From a virus, in IMG/VR virus record IMGVR_UViG_3300015370_000011, positions 57,017-121,016 of that record: 64,000 bases of DNA. One strand, given 5' to 3'. The notes beneath the pieces are model-generated. The model was not told the DNA's origin. It did no database searches and saw only the letters and a list, made by a program, of their open reading frames with translations. Position numbers and translations under genes: made by a program. Shown here piece after piece: positions 29,840-39,723 of this stretch (the first letter of the stretch is position 1; every line of letters begins with the position of its first letter).

Positions 29840-30129
29840 TGAAAATATATAAAGATTCTATTGGTTTGCTGGTACAGGTGAATTGTAATGAAGATATATC
29901 GAATGCGTCTCAGCTTTTAATATTTGTTAAAAAACCGAGCGGCAGAGTAATCACATGGACCGCGTTTAAAATACAGAATTATCCGACAAAAATAGGTTAT
30001 ATTACAGTATCGGGAGATTTGGACGAGATTGGGACGTATAAGGTACAGGTACATGTTACATTTCCTAGTTCTGGATGGGTTGGATTAGGAGAGACTACGA
30101 CATTCGAAATCCTAGACGATTTTATGTAG
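29839..30129 (+). CDS. Small Ig-like (BppU-N-like) structural protein, paralogue 1
   Basis: KKPSG...W, Y.T..GDLDE.G.Y..Q, G..G.GE pattern. Confidence 0.6.
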   Translation: MKIYKDSIGLLVQVNCNEDISNASQLLIFVKKPSGRVITWTAFKIQNYPTKIGYITVSGDLDEIGTYKVQVHVTFPSSGWVGLGETTTFEILDDFM

Positions 30130-30148
30130 CTTTTAGGACTGAAATAAA

Positions 30149-30433
30149 ATGAGTAAAGTATACGTCGGTACTATCGGATTAGATATAATTTTAGATACGG
30201 GCAGATCATTATCTGAGGCACTTGTTACGAATATAAAAGCAAAGACACCCTCTGGAACAGAAATAGATTGGGTGGGGGTTGTTTATGATACAAAGAAGAT
30301 AAAGTATACGACTGTAGCTAATGATTTAGATGAGCCCGGATCTTACATACTTCAAGCGTATATTGTTTTATATAGTGGTTTTGTAGGAAGAGGGGATAGC
30401 GTTCGCTTGAAGGTGGAAACACAATTTAAGTAA
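30149..30433 (+). CDS. Small Ig-like (BppU-N-like) structural protein, paralogue 2
   Basis: Aligns end to end with 29839-30129 (KTPSG..W, YTT..NDLDEPG.Y.LQ, GFVGRG). Confidence 0.6.
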   Translation: MSKVYVGTIGLDIILDTGRSLSEALVTNIKAKTPSGTEIDWVGVVYDTKKIKYTTVANDLDEPGSYILQAYIVLYSGFVGRGDSVRLKVETQFK

Positions 30434-31344
30434 TGCCTACCTGGAAAAAACCATATTTAGTCAGAAGATCTACAAAGATTCTATCCTTTGCGGTGCGGCA
30501 GAATTTTACCCTATTGGAAACGGGTGGAGAAGCCTGTTATTTGTTACAGCGAAAATCTGCTTCTAGTTCACCTTTTCAATTACAATCCAGGAAAGTAGAT
30601 ACAATTGATAAAGCTATAGTTTCGGGATACGGGGCGGATCCGGATACAGGACATTTGCGATATCTTCTCTGGCGGGAAGGAAGAGATGATGCAGACGAAT
30701 ATCCGGATATCAGATCGGTTGTTACTACGGTAACCATTCCTGCCTCTGGTTCGGCAGTTTGGGAAGCGTCTGTAGACAAGTATTCATTCATAGCCGATAG
30801 ACAAGAGTATACATTTGATATTATCCAAGATGAATTGGACTCATCTGGAAATGAAATAGATGATTCTGTGTATATTGTGTTCAATACTCCACCATTTACA
30901 ACTAATGGAACGGTTTTATTGAATTATGGGTCTATAAACCCATTGGTTAACTTTGCTGGGTTACAGCCGGTCAGGGATAATCAAGAGGGGTATCAATTAT
31001 CCCTATTTGGCTTTGATCAGTGGAGATCTCCTAATTCACGTATCAGAAGAAGAATAGCACCAAATGCGTTTTTGCTAGCTTTTCCTGGTGTCCTAGCAGA
31101 TTTTAGAATAACCGATGGTGGTTTGTTACGAGAAACGCGAGCGGCTTTTTGGACTACACCACCCCCGTATAGTCCAAAAGTAGAGGAACACGATGTAATT
31201 GTTAGATCCTCTACGACACAACGGTTTCAACTGGTAAATTATACACCAGTTTATATAGAAAACGTACTAGTATCTCAGGAATTTGATATGGTGGAACTAG
31301 ATCCAAGATCCAGTATCTATAATATTCCGATAGATGAAGGTTAA
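30433..31344 (+). CDS. Probable head closure/neck protein
   Basis: LLETGGE.CYLL.RK N-terminus and FWT..P.....DVIV......RF C-terminus; position before the tail genes. Confidence 0.55.
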   Translation: MPTWKKPYLVRRSTKILSFAVRQNFTLLETGGEACYLLQRKSASSSPFQLQSRKVDTIDKAIVSGYGADPDTGHLRYLLWREGRDDADEYPDIRSVVTTVTIPASGSAVWEASVDKYSFIADRQEYTFDIIQDELDSSGNEIDDSVYIVFNTPPFTTNGTVLLNYGSINPLVNFAGLQPVRDNQEGYQLSLFGFDQWRSPNSRIRRRIAPNAFLLAFPGVLADFRITDGGLLRETRAAFWTTPPPYSPKVEEHDVIVRSSTTQRFQLVNYTPVYIENVLVSQEFDMVELDPRSSIYNIPIDEG

Positions 31345-31347
31345 TCA

Positions 31348-31992
31348 ATGGCTATCACTACGTATTTTCGCGGTATTCGATTCATAAAGGATTATATCCG
31401 GAAATATCTCTTGTCTATTTTCTATGCGGCTAAAAAAGAACAAATTACGTTTACTGATGGGTATAAACATATAAAATTCTCGCGAGACGTTGAGGTAATC
31501 AAGCGTGCTTCTTGGGATTTTAGAAAGATTCCAGCTGTGCTAATCGGAGATGCTCGGGTAGAGTATCAAGTAAAGTCTATAGCCAAGGATTTTGTAGACG
31601 AATCTCAGTACAATGAAACAGGCAATCCGTTTAATGACGTGGTTCCTCAAACCGATCAAAGAGTTTCGGGTGGAGATATTAGTATAACCCTTTCTTTAGA
31701 TATACGCGCTACTACCACAGAAGAACGAGATAATTTAGCAGATATTGTATGTCTTTATTTGGCACACCCAGATGCTAAGGATTATCTGCTAAAACAAGGG
31801 ATAGCTATAGAAGGCGCACCGTCCGTTAGTGGGGAAAAAGAAATTGCGGAACCAAATACGGATTATCCTATTTATTCTTCTATGCTTACTGTTAGATTTA
31901 TTACTCCCTGGAGAACATATATGGATGCAGATCCAACGCTGGAAGCAATTCTTGTGGATATTGAAGCTGAACTGGACTTCGACGCCAGTTAA
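31348..31992 (+). CDS. Probable tail completion/terminator protein
   Basis: KIPAVLI, LDIRATTTEERDNLADIV; immediately before the sheath gene. Confidence 0.6.
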   Translation: MAITTYFRGIRFIKDYIRKYLLSIFYAAKKEQITFTDGYKHIKFSRDVEVIKRASWDFRKIPAVLIGDARVEYQVKSIAKDFVDESQYNETGNPFNDVVPQTDQRVSGGDISITLSLDIRATTTEERDNLADIVCLYLAHPDAKDYLLKQGIAIEGAPSVSGEKEIAEPNTDYPIYSSMLTVRFITPWRTYMDADPTLEAILVDIEAELDFDAS

Positions 31993-32058
31993 ATTATATT
32001 CCGGCTAATGGACTAAACTGTTCTAAGATTGTTGATTTTTCTATACTAGGAGACCAAC

Positions 32059-33426
32059 ATGGCTTTAAGAGTCCCAGGAGCTATAGTTACTATTACGAAC
32101 GATACGGGTATTATAGCCGCTCCTTTGTTTGAGCGTTTTCCGGTTATTATTGGACAGGGAGATCCGTTTAGAATTGTTAGGAATCAAGAGGTTGTTAGAA
32201 GTTCCGGGGTTGTTGATCAGCTTCGCAGTGTAACAACCATAAATGAGATCGTGTCTGTTGGGGATCTGCCGAATATTGCCAATTATACCGCTGTAACAGA
32301 TTATGTTCTGGCTGCTGGAAATACGATTAGTTGGAATGGAGCTTCTGATAGCCCTACATTGGGAGAAACATATTACGTCACGTTTACCGAAAGTCGGCCT
32401 GCTTCTGCGTATGATCCGATGCTGTACTATGACGAAAATCTGATATATGCAAATCATGGAGAAGGTTGGAGAACGAATGGAAATATCAATGATGTTTCTG
32501 TGGGTGGTTCTCTGGCTTTGAATGCCGGTGCAAACGGTGTAATTATTGCTCAACTAGATTTATCTGCTTTGACCGATCCGGATACCCCCTCTTTGGCAGA
32601 TTTGGAGACGGCATTTATTGCTGTTCGGAATAAACTAGATGAAATCACGGACTATAAGCTATTTCTAATCCCGATGTCCAGTGGGACGCTCGCTACAACT
32701 ACGGCTGCGAGTATCTTTTTCAATCACGCTGTTCTTGCATCACAACCAGAGAACAAGCAAGAAAGAACTGTGCTTGCTGCGCTAGGTAGTGGTACAACGT
32801 ATCAACAATTTGCCACATACGCGCAAGCATACGCGCATGAACGGATGAGTGTTCCGGCTATTCCGGATGCGACGGTATCCGTGGTTGGTTACGCAGGAAG
32901 CACCTATGATATGCGTTTTTACAATGCGGCTCTATCCGGGTTAATTTGTTCCAGAGGGATAGGAATAGAGGTATCTGGAGAAATTGTTCCTGGGATCACA
33001 TTTGAAAGGAATTATACTCCAAAAGAGTTGAAATATCTGGTACAACGGGGTGTTTCTCCTGCTAATATTCGAGGAGAAGTAGTTCGAAATGTGCTAGCTA
33101 TAACCACGGATACCACAAATGCGCTTACTGAAAGTCTTGGTGTTCAGGATGTCAAAGATTATGTGAAGAAATACTGGAGAGAGGCGTTATTCGCTGCATA
33201 CAAGAATCGTAGGATTAACAGAAATCTACTTGCACAGATTAGAAGTTCGTCTATAAACATTCTAGAGCAGCTTATTGCTGATGAAATAATTGCGGATCAA
33301 CGCGCGGTATCGGTTTCGCAAGATATCTCTGAACCTAGAAAAGTCAACATATATGGTAAGATCCAGCCAGGATATGGTCTACAATGGATGGACGTAAACT
33401 TCGTATTTGTTCTATCGTTTAGCTAG
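32059..33426 (+). CDS. Contractile tail sheath protein
   Basis: RVPGA.V N-terminus, P.IIG.G, C-terminal AITTD...V.D....P..V.I.....P.YGL.W..V.F. Confidence 0.88.
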   Translation: MALRVPGAIVTITNDTGIIAAPLFERFPVIIGQGDPFRIVRNQEVVRSSGVVDQLRSVTTINEIVSVGDLPNIANYTAVTDYVLAAGNTISWNGASDSPTLGETYYVTFTESRPASAYDPMLYYDENLIYANHGEGWRTNGNINDVSVGGSLALNAGANGVIIAQLDLSALTDPDTPSLADLETAFIAVRNKLDEITDYKLFLIPMSSGTLATTTAASIFFNHAVLASQPENKQERTVLAALGSGTTYQQFATYAQAYAHERMSVPAIPDATVSVVGYAGSTYDMRFYNAALSGLICSRGIGIEVSGEIVPGITFERNYTPKELKYLVQRGVSPANIRGEVVRNVLAITTDTTNALTESLGVQDVKDYVKKYWREALFAAYKNRRINRNLLAQIRSSSINILEQLIADEIIADQRAVSVSQDISEPRKVNIYGKIQPGYGLQWMDVNFVFVLSFS

Positions 33427-33437
33427 GAGGCACGCAT

Positions 33438-33890
33438 ATGGCTCCACAGAGACAAGTTCCGAATACACAACATAGTGTATTTTACTCGTATAGCATCCAC
33501 GTAAATAATAGAGAGATCGGTTCGTTCGAGAAATTTTCTTCCAGATCTTCGCGCACGACTGAAAGGATTCGAGAAATTTTATTTTCCCGTGGGGCAGAAG
33601 TGAAAGAAATCGTTTGGGGTGGTACAGATATCTCCATCGATCTAAGTCGTGTTGAAATGTATAAAAAGGCGATGTTTGAAGCGTTCGGATTTGAAATCTT
33701 TTCGCTAGAAGACTTTAATCAGCCAGTAAGCATAACAGAATACCAGACAAATCCGAATAATAGTCAACGAATAATAACTTACGAAGATGCAGTCGCTTCT
33801 GAATGGTCTAAAGATGTGGATACTGGAACTGTCCGGATTGTTGAAAGTATGACTTTCCAGGTACGGACCATTCGAGGGCAACGAACCTAA
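33438..33890 (+). CDS. Tail tube protein
   Basis: 150 aa directly after the sheath; I.VN..EIG...., ITYEDA....W.K......IVES.T. Confidence 0.82.
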   Translation: MAPQRQVPNTQHSVFYSYSIHVNNREIGSFEKFSSRSSRTTERIREILFSRGAEVKEIVWGGTDISIDLSRVEMYKKAMFEAFGFEIFSLEDFNQPVSITEYQTNPNNSQRIITYEDAVASEWSKDVDTGTVRIVESMTFQVRTIRGQRT

Positions 33891-33902
33891 CCAGGACGAA
33901 AC

Positions 33903-34409
33903 GTGACAACCAAACCAGATTTTTCAGAAACGCCTAAAACCCCCACCGTCTCTAAAAGAAGTATATCAGTATTGGACGATTTGTTCAATCTTGGATATAC
34001 TACATCAGGGGATATCCTTCTCTATGAACATGAAGACAAGAGAATTTCTGCTGCGTTTAGAACATTAGTACCTGCTGAATTACGAGACGTACACGAGTGT
34101 ATTGGTGCGTATAGTAGTATTGGAGCAAAGATTATTACGGAACAAATTGAATTATTGGCAAGAGGGGTTGTTATGATAAATAACATGCCGTTGATTCTAG
34201 ATCAGCATGATCGAGAAGAACTCGCAAAGAAGGATAATGTCAAGGATCCTTCCCCACTTGAACAAGCACGGTATATCCTACTGCATAAGCTAAACTCTAA
34301 GCCTGTGCTGGATTTGTTATATGGGGCGTATATGGAATTCCTTGGAAATATTGATAAAGAATTCGAAGAGATTAAAAAAAAATTGAAGAAGACGGAGCCT
34401 TCCGCTTAG
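33903..34409 (+). CDS. Tail assembly chaperone (G-like, short form)
   Basis: Lies between tube and tape measure; ends EEIKKK on an A9 run. Confidence 0.78.
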   Translation: MTTKPDFSETPKTPTVSKRSISVLDDLFNLGYTTSGDILLYEHEDKRISAAFRTLVPAELRDVHECIGAYSSIGAKIITEQIELLARGVVMINNMPLILDQHDREELAKKDNVKDPSPLEQARYILLHKLNSKPVLDLLYGAYMEFLGNIDKEFEEIKKKLKKTEPSA

Positions 34410-34822
34410 ATTTATCTATTATTTCCTTCTTTAAAGTTCTTCCCACTGACCCACGCTATCAAGAACTAAATCTGATTCAGAAATTAGTATTAGCGTCTGT
34501 AATAGACCAAGATTTCAAGGAAAAAGTAGAATTACTAAAAGGTGTTCTGGATTCTATAAAAGTATATATAAATCCAGAGATTTACAAGGCAGAACTAGAA
34601 GCCAGAGGAGAGTACGTGGATCCATATAAGAAGGTAAACTCAGATTTTGAACGCCAGAGTAGGATCGGCCATGCTACTGGGTACACAAAACCTTCTCCGG
34701 AGATGCGCAAATTCTTAGACAAATTTTATGCTAGAGAAGAAGATTCTCCGGAGACAGTATATCTCTATGGGGAGCAAGGATTGGTTACAAATCAACTGAC
34801 GGATGATGAGGCTCTAGGGTAA
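34374..34822 (+). CDS. -1 frameshift extension of the tail chaperone (GT-like)
   Basis: A9 at 34374-34382; the -1 frame is open from there to TAA 34822 (KIEEDGAFRLDLSIISFFKVLPTDPRYQEL...) and includes the tracked 34616 ORF. Confidence 0.8.
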
Positions 34823-34823
34823 T

Positions 34824-36746
34824 ATGGCAGATCAGTTCAATTTAGATACTATGAAAGAAGCAGTCAAGCTTGCTAGTCAAGTAAAATTTAATTTAGAAAA
34901 TATCCAACCAGCAAAGCTTGATACTGAGGCATTAAGAGAGGCTGCCTCTTTTATGGAATTGATGAAGAATAGCAGCGAAATTACAAAATCTGATTTTTTC
35001 GAGATTAGTCAAGCTATTACTTTATTGGGCAGAGAAAAAGCAAAAATGGCAATGTCCTCCTTTGTTAATCCTACAGATGCAAAAAACATTAAGAAATTAG
35101 AAGAGATGCTCAAAAGTATGGGGGTAAACGCTCGTGCTCTTCAACAAGTTTATGCAGAGCAGTTGAAGATAGTGGGTGGTCAGGGAACAAAGCTTAAAGA
35201 TATTTGGAAAGGTATGAAAACTGGACAAAGTTTTTTGAATAAGTATACATCATCACTTACCGGTATAAATATTAGTATAGCTGGGATTCTTGCGCTTATT
35301 TTAAAAGTAAGTAATATAAATGATCGTGTTGGTTCAATGTCTCGGCAGATATCTGCACATTGGGGCGAAGGTGCCAAAAATATTGGGACCGCTGGGAGTT
35401 TAATTTGGGAGGTACAAAGTAAATTTGCGAAAACTGTGGACGAGGCTGGTGCGTATCAAAAGACATTAGCAATGGCGGGTATGGAACGAGAAGATCAAGT
35501 TAAACTAGCAAATGAAATATTGGCTATAGAACAGGAGTACGGTCAAACAGTTGGGCAGCAGCTTCAATACATAACAGGCTTAGTTGGGAATTTTAAAGAA
35601 TTGGGTGACCTTGAAAAAGATCGCGCGAAACACTCCACTGTGTATATGGAAACTGTTAGACAAGTTACAAAAGATATACCAATGTTGAGTATTGAGGAAT
35701 CCACTAAAGATTGGGCTGATTTGATTAATCTAACAAAAGCATACAATGCAGATTTGCTAGGAACATTGGGTATGTATAAAATATTAATGGCGCAAGACTT
35801 GGCTAAAGAATTAGGGCTGGGGGACACCCCTAGAGTAATACGTAAGCAAATAGGTGAATTTCTTGTAGGGATGCCTGCGAAGCTAAGTGATGGATGGAAA
35901 GCGGCATTGGGATCATTTATGGAGGGTTCCGAAACAAGAAGTATGGCTGAGAATTTGTTTACATTTGAGAGTGCTCCGATAGAGCAACAGATTACGGCAC
36001 TTTCTAAGTTTATAGAGGCGCGGGTACCTGATTTTATGACTTCAGAGGGCATGTATAAGCTTCGTAATGTATTTATGGGAATGGGCAAAGAAGGCGCGGA
36101 AATGGCAAAACATTTATCTGAAGCTTTTGCAGCAGGTAAATTAACAGGGCCCAATTTGGAAAAGGTTTTGTTGAAAATTGGTAAGGAACGAGAGGCTGCG
36201 GGAGAGGCTCAAGCAGCTGCTCAGACCAATATGAATAAACTAATAGCATCTGGGGCGAAAATTGCGAAGAATTTAGTTGGGTTAGAGCAGCGACTACAGC
36301 GTTGGATTGAACTAGAACTATCTGGGCCAATTAGAGAGCTTACAACGGCTATTAGGGATGCTATAGCATGGGCAAAAAGTGAGAAAATGCCGAAAATACT
36401 AAGTTCAAATGTTAAAGAAGGTATGGCTAATATAGCTGATCTATATGTAAGATCACAAAGACAGAGCGCAACACCAGAACAGATCGCAAAACTAAAAGAA
36501 ATAGGAGTATGGAGGGATCCTACTCCAGAATTTTCTCCTGCCGCTATAACCAGAATTGTTTCGAAGGGACAGAAACAGCACGGTCGGGAAACAGTAAAAA
36601 AATGGGCCGAGCAACGTGATTACGATATGCAACGGCTAGCGCAATTCCTATACGAGATGATGCTGGAGGACAAAAATAGAAGGATGGCAGTTAAAGAGCC
36701 ACCAATAACCACTCCCAGAGCTACAACTAAAACATCAGGACCATAA
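34824..36746 (+). CDS. Tape measure protein
   Basis: 640-aa A/K/E/M-rich helical protein following the chaperone. Confidence 0.78.
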   Translation: MADQFNLDTMKEAVKLASQVKFNLENIQPAKLDTEALREAASFMELMKNSSEITKSDFFEISQAITLLGREKAKMAMSSFVNPTDAKNIKKLEEMLKSMGVNARALQQVYAEQLKIVGGQGTKLKDIWKGMKTGQSFLNKYTSSLTGINISIAGILALILKVSNINDRVGSMSRQISAHWGEGAKNIGTAGSLIWEVQSKFAKTVDEAGAYQKTLAMAGMEREDQVKLANEILAIEQEYGQTVGQQLQYITGLVGNFKELGDLEKDRAKHSTVYMETVRQVTKDIPMLSIEESTKDWADLINLTKAYNADLLGTLGMYKILMAQDLAKELGLGDTPRVIRKQIGEFLVGMPAKLSDGWKAALGSFMEGSETRSMAENLFTFESAPIEQQITALSKFIEARVPDFMTSEGMYKLRNVFMGMGKEGAEMAKHLSEAFAAGKLTGPNLEKVLLKIGKEREAAGEAQAAAQTNMNKLIASGAKIAKNLVGLEQRLQRWIELELSGPIRELTTAIRDAIAWAKSEKMPKILSSNVKEGMANIADLYVRSQRQSATPEQIAKLKEIGVWRDPTPEFSPAAITRIVSKGQKQHGRETVKKWAEQRDYDMQRLAQFLYEMMLEDKNRRMAVKEPPITTPRATTKTSGP

Positions 36747-36758
36747 AAGCAGTAATAA

Positions 36759-37553
36759 ATGGCTCAAAAAAACCCAGCTAAGATAGTATTTGATGTTCTT
36801 TCTCCTGAAGGGCAGACTGAAAGGTTAACCTTCAGGAAATATGCTGGATCTAAACTTGCACAAGCCGCTGAAGGAGGCTCTCCCCCTAATCCTGATGTTA
36901 TTGTTGTTCTAAAGGTCAATCCTGAATCAATATCATACGCGAAACCAAAAATTACGCAAAAGGTTCAAACAGCATCACCTAATCGGTTTGTTATTTTCGA
37001 TTGGGGTACGGATTTAACAGTAATGAGCATTTCAGGGAATACAGGCAACTTACTACCGGACATTATTCAAGGTGGATTCAACCCGTTACAGCCAACCTTT
37101 GACGACTTGGCTGCAAAGATAGCTCCGGGGAAACAAGCCGGGGGTGTATCTAATATTATTAGCGGAGTAACCGCTGCGCATGTGGCTCCTGTAGAAACGG
37201 GTATATTGGCAGCAGCCGGCGGAAGCGTTACTCCAGGAGCAGTAAAGGCCCTCGCGCAGCAGGTGCTTATGGGTAAACTATCGTATTTTGAACTCATAGG
37301 AATGTCCCCTAAATATAAGACTTTTATGCGATTACAAGAATTATACGAAAATTTTGATGCGGATCAAGATGTTCTGACGCTAGAACTTGGAGAATCTATT
37401 TTTCGTGGGTATTTTCTAGATTTTTCGTTTACGCAAGAGGCAAATAGTCCGTGGAATTGGAAGTATTCAATAGTCTTTAGTGCCCTACAAGATCTGACCA
37501 AGTTTTCCAGACGTGGAGATGATACATTCAAGGAGAATAAATTCTTTGGCTGA
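36759..37553 (+). CDS. Tube initiator/baseplate-proximal protein
   Basis: VNPESISY, WG.D...ISISGNTG, FRGYF..FSF...A.SPW.W.YSI.F pattern. Confidence 0.65.
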   Translation: MAQKNPAKIVFDVLSPEGQTERLTFRKYAGSKLAQAAEGGSPPNPDVIVVLKVNPESISYAKPKITQKVQTASPNRFVIFDWGTDLTVMSISGNTGNLLPDIIQGGFNPLQPTFDDLAAKIAPGKQAGGVSNIISGVTAAHVAPVETGILAAAGGSVTPGAVKALAQQVLMGKLSYFELIGMSPKYKTFMRLQELYENFDADQDVLTLELGESIFRGYFLDFSFTQEANSPWNWKYSIVFSALQDLTKFSRRGDDTFKENKFFG

Positions 37554-39723
37554 TCAAATTGCAGAATTATTGATTAAATCTTTATATCGAGGATACACCA
37601 CATGTGGTCCTGGGCAGGAATACCGTGCGTATCATCCAAAAGTAGCGTTAAATTCATCCAGCTACATAAATGATGTTCCATACATCGTTCCGGATAACTT
37701 TTTCAGACCAGAGATATATGTTACGATAGATTTTACTCACCGATTTACCTTATCCTCTGAGAAGATCAAAGGTAAACGACCTGTCCAAGCGCATGTTTTA
37801 AAACAGACAGTTGTTAGACTAATAAAATTCTTTAATTATTATATCAGATATGCATATAGCTATGGAAAAAAGGAAGATTCTGGGGTACTTACTGAGGTAG
37901 ATTTTGTAACTAAAGCAGCCGCAGGTGGCGACGAAGAAGAACAGTCTTTATTTCTCAATAACATTATAAATTTTTTCCTTACGTCCATGTCTGTTAATCG
38001 TATGAGATCGGACATCGGATCTGCGACGATTACATTGAGAGACAACCCAAATTATAGATACGGTAGGAGGGAAAATATATTTTTTGACTCTTTAGCGCCG
38101 ATCCTAAGCCAAGTATTTGTACCAATGCTACCTGTTATGATCTGGGCAAAAGGCAGATTATACAAGGATTGGTATTTTCCTATCTTTGATGGGTATTTGA
38201 TGCGTGCTGCGCCAGGAAATAGTGCGGGGTTTACATCTGTTGATCTTAATTGTAGAGACAGTTTAGAGATAGCCCGCATAAGTCAGGAAATGATAGACCC
38301 AGCGATTATTCAGCAAGACGAATACAGGCAGCAATCTAGCATTAACATTTATTCTATGCCGTTGTATGGTAATGACCATATGGAAATATTCAAGAAAATG
38401 TTCCATGGGGGAGCTATCGTTTATAACCCTGAGCAACAGAGATTTAGTAGCGTGGATGAAATAAAAGTATCCAGTGAACGTGAACAGAAGGACAGTTTGA
38501 AATTTGCTCGTTTAGGAGATTTTGCTTCTGCGGACGAGTACGAGGGTGAAGTCTTTCCTGGGGAAGTAGCAGATAATCGAGGAATTCATAAGGATGATTT
38601 TAGCATATATTATGCTTTGAATAAAACATCACACAAAAAAAGAAAAAGATACACGGTTAGTTGGGGAAATTCGATAACCCCATACAGAATTTTCAACGTT
38701 TCGGGGAATGTACCTACGACAACTTCAGAATTTTCTAGTAGGCTGGATATTTTACGAGATATATCTAGTATGGTTTATTATGATTTGTACGTTGATGGGT
38801 GGGGGAACGTGCAATACCACCCGATGCGGATTGCTAATAATTTTTTAACATATGATATTATGTACATGATCTCAAATAGCGGAGACAAGAAACAGTATTG
38901 GCATAAAAATACGTTTCCTGGCTGTCAGGTCATTGGACCGGAGGAGATTGTTGCTGTTTCTAAAAATTTGAATATTGAATCAATGGTGACATTTCTTCGT
39001 TTGATGGGTTATCCAGATGTTGCCGTGGCTAGCCAGGAGATTATTCAACTTGGATTATTAGGATCGTATACTGATATGCCTCTTTTACAGCGGTTTGGTT
39101 ATAGAAGAGCTAATGTGGAGAACAAATTATTTAATAGTAACCCGGAATATTTATGCAGTGACGGAAAGACTAGATCTTTTATGGATTTAGCCGCAGAAGC
39201 ATTGTTAAAATATTCAAATTCTGAGCTGTATACATTAGAGGCTAATATTATTTTTAGACCTGAATTAGAGTTGGCGATGCCGATATTCATGCCAGATAGC
39301 AAAGAAGTATTCTATCTTCATTCAATTAATCATTCTGTTACTATTGGTGGTGATGCGAACACCACCGTAAGCTGTAACTTCGGTAGAAAAGACAAAGATG
39401 CCCCACCAGATATGTATAATTATATTGTAGCTTCTCAAACCATGCGAAAATTTAGCGGGAAAAAGTTAGTTACGATTGATGATCCCCTTACAGGAACAAA
39501 AGTAGATATATCTCCGTTACCGCCAAAATCTGAATTTCCTGTGAGAACAGATAAAGAACTTGGGGACCGGGCGGATGTTTCTTTTGATGAGGGTGAAGAT
39601 ATTGAGGATGATGGGTTTGCTTTTGGACCTGCTGGATCAGAGGAAACAGACCCCTATAAATATAAACTAGCTAGACAACACCAACTTACAGACACACAAA
39701 ACAGCGTGAAAAGGAATGAATAG
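37513..39723 (+). CDS. Baseplate hub (gp27/gpD-like)
   Basis: GSATITL.D, IF.GY......L.CRD, YVDGWGN..Y.P, RPEL..., YL.SI.HS...G...TT. True start may be slightly downstream. Confidence 0.7.
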   Translation: MEMIHSRRINSLADQIAELLIKSLYRGYTTCGPGQEYRAYHPKVALNSSSYINDVPYIVPDNFFRPEIYVTIDFTHRFTLSSEKIKGKRPVQAHVLKQTVVRLIKFFNYYIRYAYSYGKKEDSGVLTEVDFVTKAAAGGDEEEQSLFLNNIINFFLTSMSVNRMRSDIGSATITLRDNPNYRYGRRENIFFDSLAPILSQVFVPMLPVMIWAKGRLYKDWYFPIFDGYLMRAAPGNSAGFTSVDLNCRDSLEIARISQEMIDPAIIQQDEYRQQSSINIYSMPLYGNDHMEIFKKMFHGGAIVYNPEQQRFSSVDEIKVSSEREQKDSLKFARLGDFASADEYEGEVFPGEVADNRGIHKDDFSIYYALNKTSHKKRKRYTVSWGNSITPYRIFNVSGNVPTTTSEFSSRLDILRDISSMVYYDLYVDGWGNVQYHPMRIANNFLTYDIMYMISNSGDKKQYWHKNTFPGCQVIGPEEIVAVSKNLNIESMVTFLRLMGYPDVAVASQEIIQLGLLGSYTDMPLLQRFGYRRANVENKLFNSNPEYLCSDGKTRSFMDLAAEALLKYSNSELYTLEANIIFRPELELAMPIFMPDSKEVFYLHSINHSVTIGGDANTTVSCNFGRKDKDAPPDMYNYIVASQTMRKFSGKKLVTIDDPLTGTKVDISPLPPKSEFPVRTDKELGDRADVSFDEGEDIEDDGFAFGPAGSEETDPYKYKLARQHQLTDTQNSVKRNE

